Shown here: piece after piece, positions 61,667 through 64,000 of the stretch | Layout of the letters: every line of letters starts with the position of its first letter | Position numbering within the stretch: the first letter of the stretch is position 1 | Assembly (NCBI GenBank): GCA_029261035.1 | Contig: JAJDCD010000025.1 | Coordinates: 2,926-66,925 of the forward strand | Direction: 5' to 3' | Length of the DNA stretch: 64,000 nt | Origin: Candidatus Omnitrophota bacterium | GTDB taxonomy: Bacteria; Omnitrophota; Omnitrophia; Omnitrophales; JACROU01 | The notes under the pieces: generated by a model | Databases searched by the model: none | Told to the model about the DNA's origin: nothing | Seen by the model: the letters and a program-made list of their open reading frames with translations, nothing else | Program-made: the position numbers and the translations under genes

Positions 61667-62697
61667 CCGAGCGTTTTTCCACTCTGAATCACTTGTATCA
61701 ACTCATCTGGAAGACACACAGCAACACCCACTTTAGAGACAACAACACCTGCCGCCAAATTAGAAATCATAGCCGCTTCTTTCATAGTTGCTCCAACAGC
61801 TAATGCTAAAGAAAACACAGAAACAACGGTATCACCCGCTCCAGCTACATCATAAACCTCTTGGGCTGCCGCCTTCACTTGAGTTACGCTTCCATCCTTT
61901 TCAAAAAGAGCCATCCCATCTTTTCCTCTAGTTAACAAAACACCATCACACCCTAACTTGTCTAATAGCTTTTGACCTACTTCTTCGATAGTTAAGTTTT
62001 GATTTTCGTGATCTTTAACGGCACCAATAGCTTCATGGTGATTTGGGGTAATTGCAGTAACACCTTCATAGTAAGAAAAGTGTTTTTCTTTGGGATCTAC
62101 AACGATTTTCTTTTTATGCTCTTTGGCAATTCCAATTACTTCTTTAAGAAGTTCTTTGGTTATTAAACCTTTACCATAATCCTCAATAATAACAACATCT
62201 ACTTGATCTATTTTCTTTGAAACAAAATCGACAATTTGCTTTGCATCTTTTTCTAAGATAGGTGAGACATTCTCTCGATCAAATCGAACCACTTGTTGAG
62301 AATGCGCAATAATTCGTGTCTTTAATGTTGTAGGTCTTTCCTTATCATAAATAATACCGTCCGTTTGAATCCCTTCTTTTCGCATCTCTTTGGTTAACAT
62401 TCTACCGTAAAGATCTCTACCCAAAACACCACAAGGATAAACTTGAGCCTTCATACACTGAATATTATGAGCTACATTCAAAGATCCCCCAGGCATAAAA
62501 GACTGTTCTTTAACATTAACAACTGGAACAGGTGCTTCTGGGGAGATACGGTTAACGTCACCCCAAATAAATTCATCTAAAATGAAGTCACCAATAACCA
62601 ATATTTTAGCTTTGGAGAAACTACGCACAATTTCACTAAAACGTGTACTTGTAGCCTCATCTAATGTTAATGATTTTTCTTCCATTGTACTTTCCAT
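61663..62697 (-). CDS. hldE: D-glycero-beta-D-manno-heptose-7-phosphate kinase (HldE/RfaE domain I-type, PfkB family)
   Basis: KILVIGDFILDEFIWGDV aligns to the HldE N-terminus. PfkB C-motif DVAGAGDTVVSV. The probable start is M24 at 62697; the track ORF starts at 62766. Confidence 0.75.
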   Translation of the reverse strand: MESTMEEKSLTLDEATSTRFSEIVRSFSKAKILVIGDFILDEFIWGDVNRISPEAPVPVVNVKEQSFMPGGSLNVAHNIQCMKAQVYPCGVLGRDLYGRMLTKEMRKEGIQTDGIIYDKERPTTLKTRIIAHSQQVVRFDRENVSPILEKDAKQIVDFVSKKIDQVDVVIIEDYGKGLITKELLKEVIGIAKEHKKKIVVDPKEKHFSYYEGVTAITPNHHEAIGAVKDHENQNLTIEEVGQKLLDKLGCDGVLLTRGKDGMALFEKDGSVTQVKAAAQEVYDVAGAGDTVVSVFSLALAVGATMKEAAMISNLAAGVVVSKVGVAVCLPDELIQVIQSGKTLG

Positions 62698-62812
62698 ATA
62701 AGGTTGCCCCGATTTTTGCTTCAAATTTAAACTGCCCATTATACTAGAAAACCTTGTAAAAGACACCTAAATGGCTTGATTTTGAGATGGCTTTGCTAGG
62801 ATTTAGGACCCA

Positions 62813-63712
62813 TTATGCTGCTTTTCCAGCATATATGTTCTCTCTAGACTCCATAACGATATGCAAAGACCCTGCAAAAATCACTTTCATTTTAGCCATA
62901 ATAGGGATTCTCTCTGGGCTTGCCGTAACCAAAACAGACCCTCTTCCCTTCATATAATCTTTATCCCCTTTTTTCACTTTCGGCTCAATAACAAAAACCG
63001 GGGTTTTTTCTTCATTTTTCAGATTATCCTTACCTCTCACATGAAAGGTAACTTCATAGTTTTTCTGGTCAGAATGAACTATGGTTCTAAACTGTTTTCC
63101 AATTTCAAAATCTTGATATCGATACCAATAACAAACAGAAATAATATCTCTCATATCTTCAGGCATATCGTATTCTTTAACTTGATCTTTATCTCTATCT
63201 GTAAATGTTACTTTTTTATTTTTATAATCAAAGTCATAAGTTTCATTGTAGACATGTCGCCCTTCAGATGCATTCCGAATATATCTTAAGGTATACAAAT
63301 TTTCTGCATCAATATAAGTTTCATGAACATCTCTAACTTTATAAACCAAATCTACAACAGAGCTCGTTTGAGCCAACGCTTCAACGTGATATGCTTTTCT
63401 TCCATTAATCTCAACAAGATCTTTAACCGTAATCGTTGCCTTTCCAGCCTCAACTCCCCACCAACGAATACTCATAGTAACGCTTTCCCCAACCTCTAAA
63501 AGCCCTTTTCCATCGTCTTCTATTTTCTTAATATCATACTTTTTAGACGTTTCTTCTAAATTTTTCTTTAATTTATCCGAAAAAATTTCTTCGGAATACA
63601 GCTCTTCAGTGCTAAGAGAAGATGCGTTCTTATGCCATCGCGGTTGAAATGAACAAGCACTTATCGTAAATATTAAAACCAACAAACAAATTGATAGTAA
63701 TTTTTTTTTCAT
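62813..63712 (-). CDS. Putative lipoprotein of unknown function within the LPS core cluster
   Basis: 299 aa. Signal peptide with lipobox MKKKLLSICLLVLIFTISAC. Beta-rich. No motif recognised. Confidence 0.55.
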   Translation of the reverse strand: MKKKLLSICLLVLIFTISACSFQPRWHKNASSLSTEELYSEEIFSDKLKKNLEETSKKYDIKKIEDDGKGLLEVGESVTMSIRWWGVEAGKATITVKDLVEINGRKAYHVEALAQTSSVVDLVYKVRDVHETYIDAENLYTLRYIRNASEGRHVYNETYDFDYKNKKVTFTDRDKDQVKEYDMPEDMRDIISVCYWYRYQDFEIGKQFRTIVHSDQKNYEVTFHVRGKDNLKNEEKTPVFVIEPKVKKGDKDYMKGRGSVLVTASPERIPIMAKMKVIFAGSLHIVMESRENIYAGKAA

Positions 63713-63713
63713 T

Positions 63714-64000
63714 TTATTTTCTCTTTTTTGTGTTTAATTTTATTTTAGCTTTTTCTAAAAGATCTGATTTTCGAATTTCTTCTGCAACATTATTTGGCAT
63801 CAACCCTCTTAAACAATCAATCGTCTGACATTCAGAATTGTATCTAAAACTCGAATAACAAGGCTGACATTCCAAGTCTTTCCGATGGATTGTAACATCA
63901 TCTAGAGTCTTAGGGAATGGGCCGTAAACCATCGGGTCTACAGGGCCATAAAAAGCTATCACAGGCGTTTTTAATGCCTTTGATACATGGCAAATCCCAC
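63714..64000 (-). CDS. Glycosyltransferase family 9 (LPS heptosyltransferase-like), C-terminal part only; the gene continues past the window end
   Basis: C-terminal ...YGPVDPMVYGPF....C.PC.....C......CL..I....V resembles the GT9 C-terminus. Its position beside hldE and the kds genes fits that call. Confidence 0.6.
   Translation of the reverse strand, partial: GICHVSKALKTPVIAFYGPVDPMVYGPFPKTLDDVTIHRKDLECQPCYSSFRYNSECQTIDCLRGLMPNNVAEEIRKSDLLEKAKIKLNTKKRK

Overview
This 64 kb window is an AT-rich chromosomal segment from a Gram-negative (diderm) bacterium. Nearly all genes are on the minus strand. All calls come from reading the sequence and the ORF track; no searches were run.

The first 19.5 kb (1..19525, minus strand) is one uninterrupted reading frame of at least 6,508 codons that runs off the window edge. 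It encodes a giant secreted protein with a signal peptide and an N-terminal two-partner-secretion (TPS, TpsA/filamentous-hemagglutinin-type) domain carrying the NPNGI motif. Downstream are beta-helical hemagglutinin-like repeats, autotransporter-associated (PATR-like) beta-strand repeats, and an array of 14 tandem 46-residue (138 bp) repeats. No TpsB partner gene lies beside it. This is the main candidate for something novel. The many short plus-strand ORFs in this interval are antisense artefacts.

Upstream of it is an AT-rich regulatory region and a tRNA island. It holds tRNA-Tyr, tRNA-Gly, queF, tRNA-Thr, a duplicated tRNA-Thr 5' fragment and a small GIY-YIG nuclease gene.

The remainder is a dense, mostly co-directional housekeeping block:
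- nnr, pdxJ, and a c-di-AMP cyclase pair cdaA-cdaR
- ruvB-ruvA-ruvC-yebC-folP, then ftsH and tilS with an adjacent CAT-anticodon tRNA
- a two-gene hypothetical cassette
- recO-ybeY-pgpH(7TM-HD)-phoH, then aspS-hisS and rpsU
- comF and lptF/G on the plus strand
- ahcY-metK and an SIS-type PGI/PMI
- a regulatory PTS cluster ptsI-ptsH-yvcK-hprK-ptsN-hpf
- an LPS inner-core/Kdo cluster: lptB, lptC/A, lpxL, kdsD, kdsA, pyrG, kdsB, hldE, a lipoprotein and a GT9 heptosyltransferase running off the far end

Three families of short palindromic intergenic repeats (REP/MITE-like) were noticed. One supplies the last codons of folP. There is also a GC-richer, hairpin-dense 490 bp convergent intergenic region between lptF/G and ahcY that may hold a structured RNA. 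No CRISPR array, cas genes or clear prophage were seen.

The ORF track uses ATG/GTG/TTG starts, so several N-termini are over-extended. I adjusted rpsU, hpf, tilS, hldE and ybeY accordingly.
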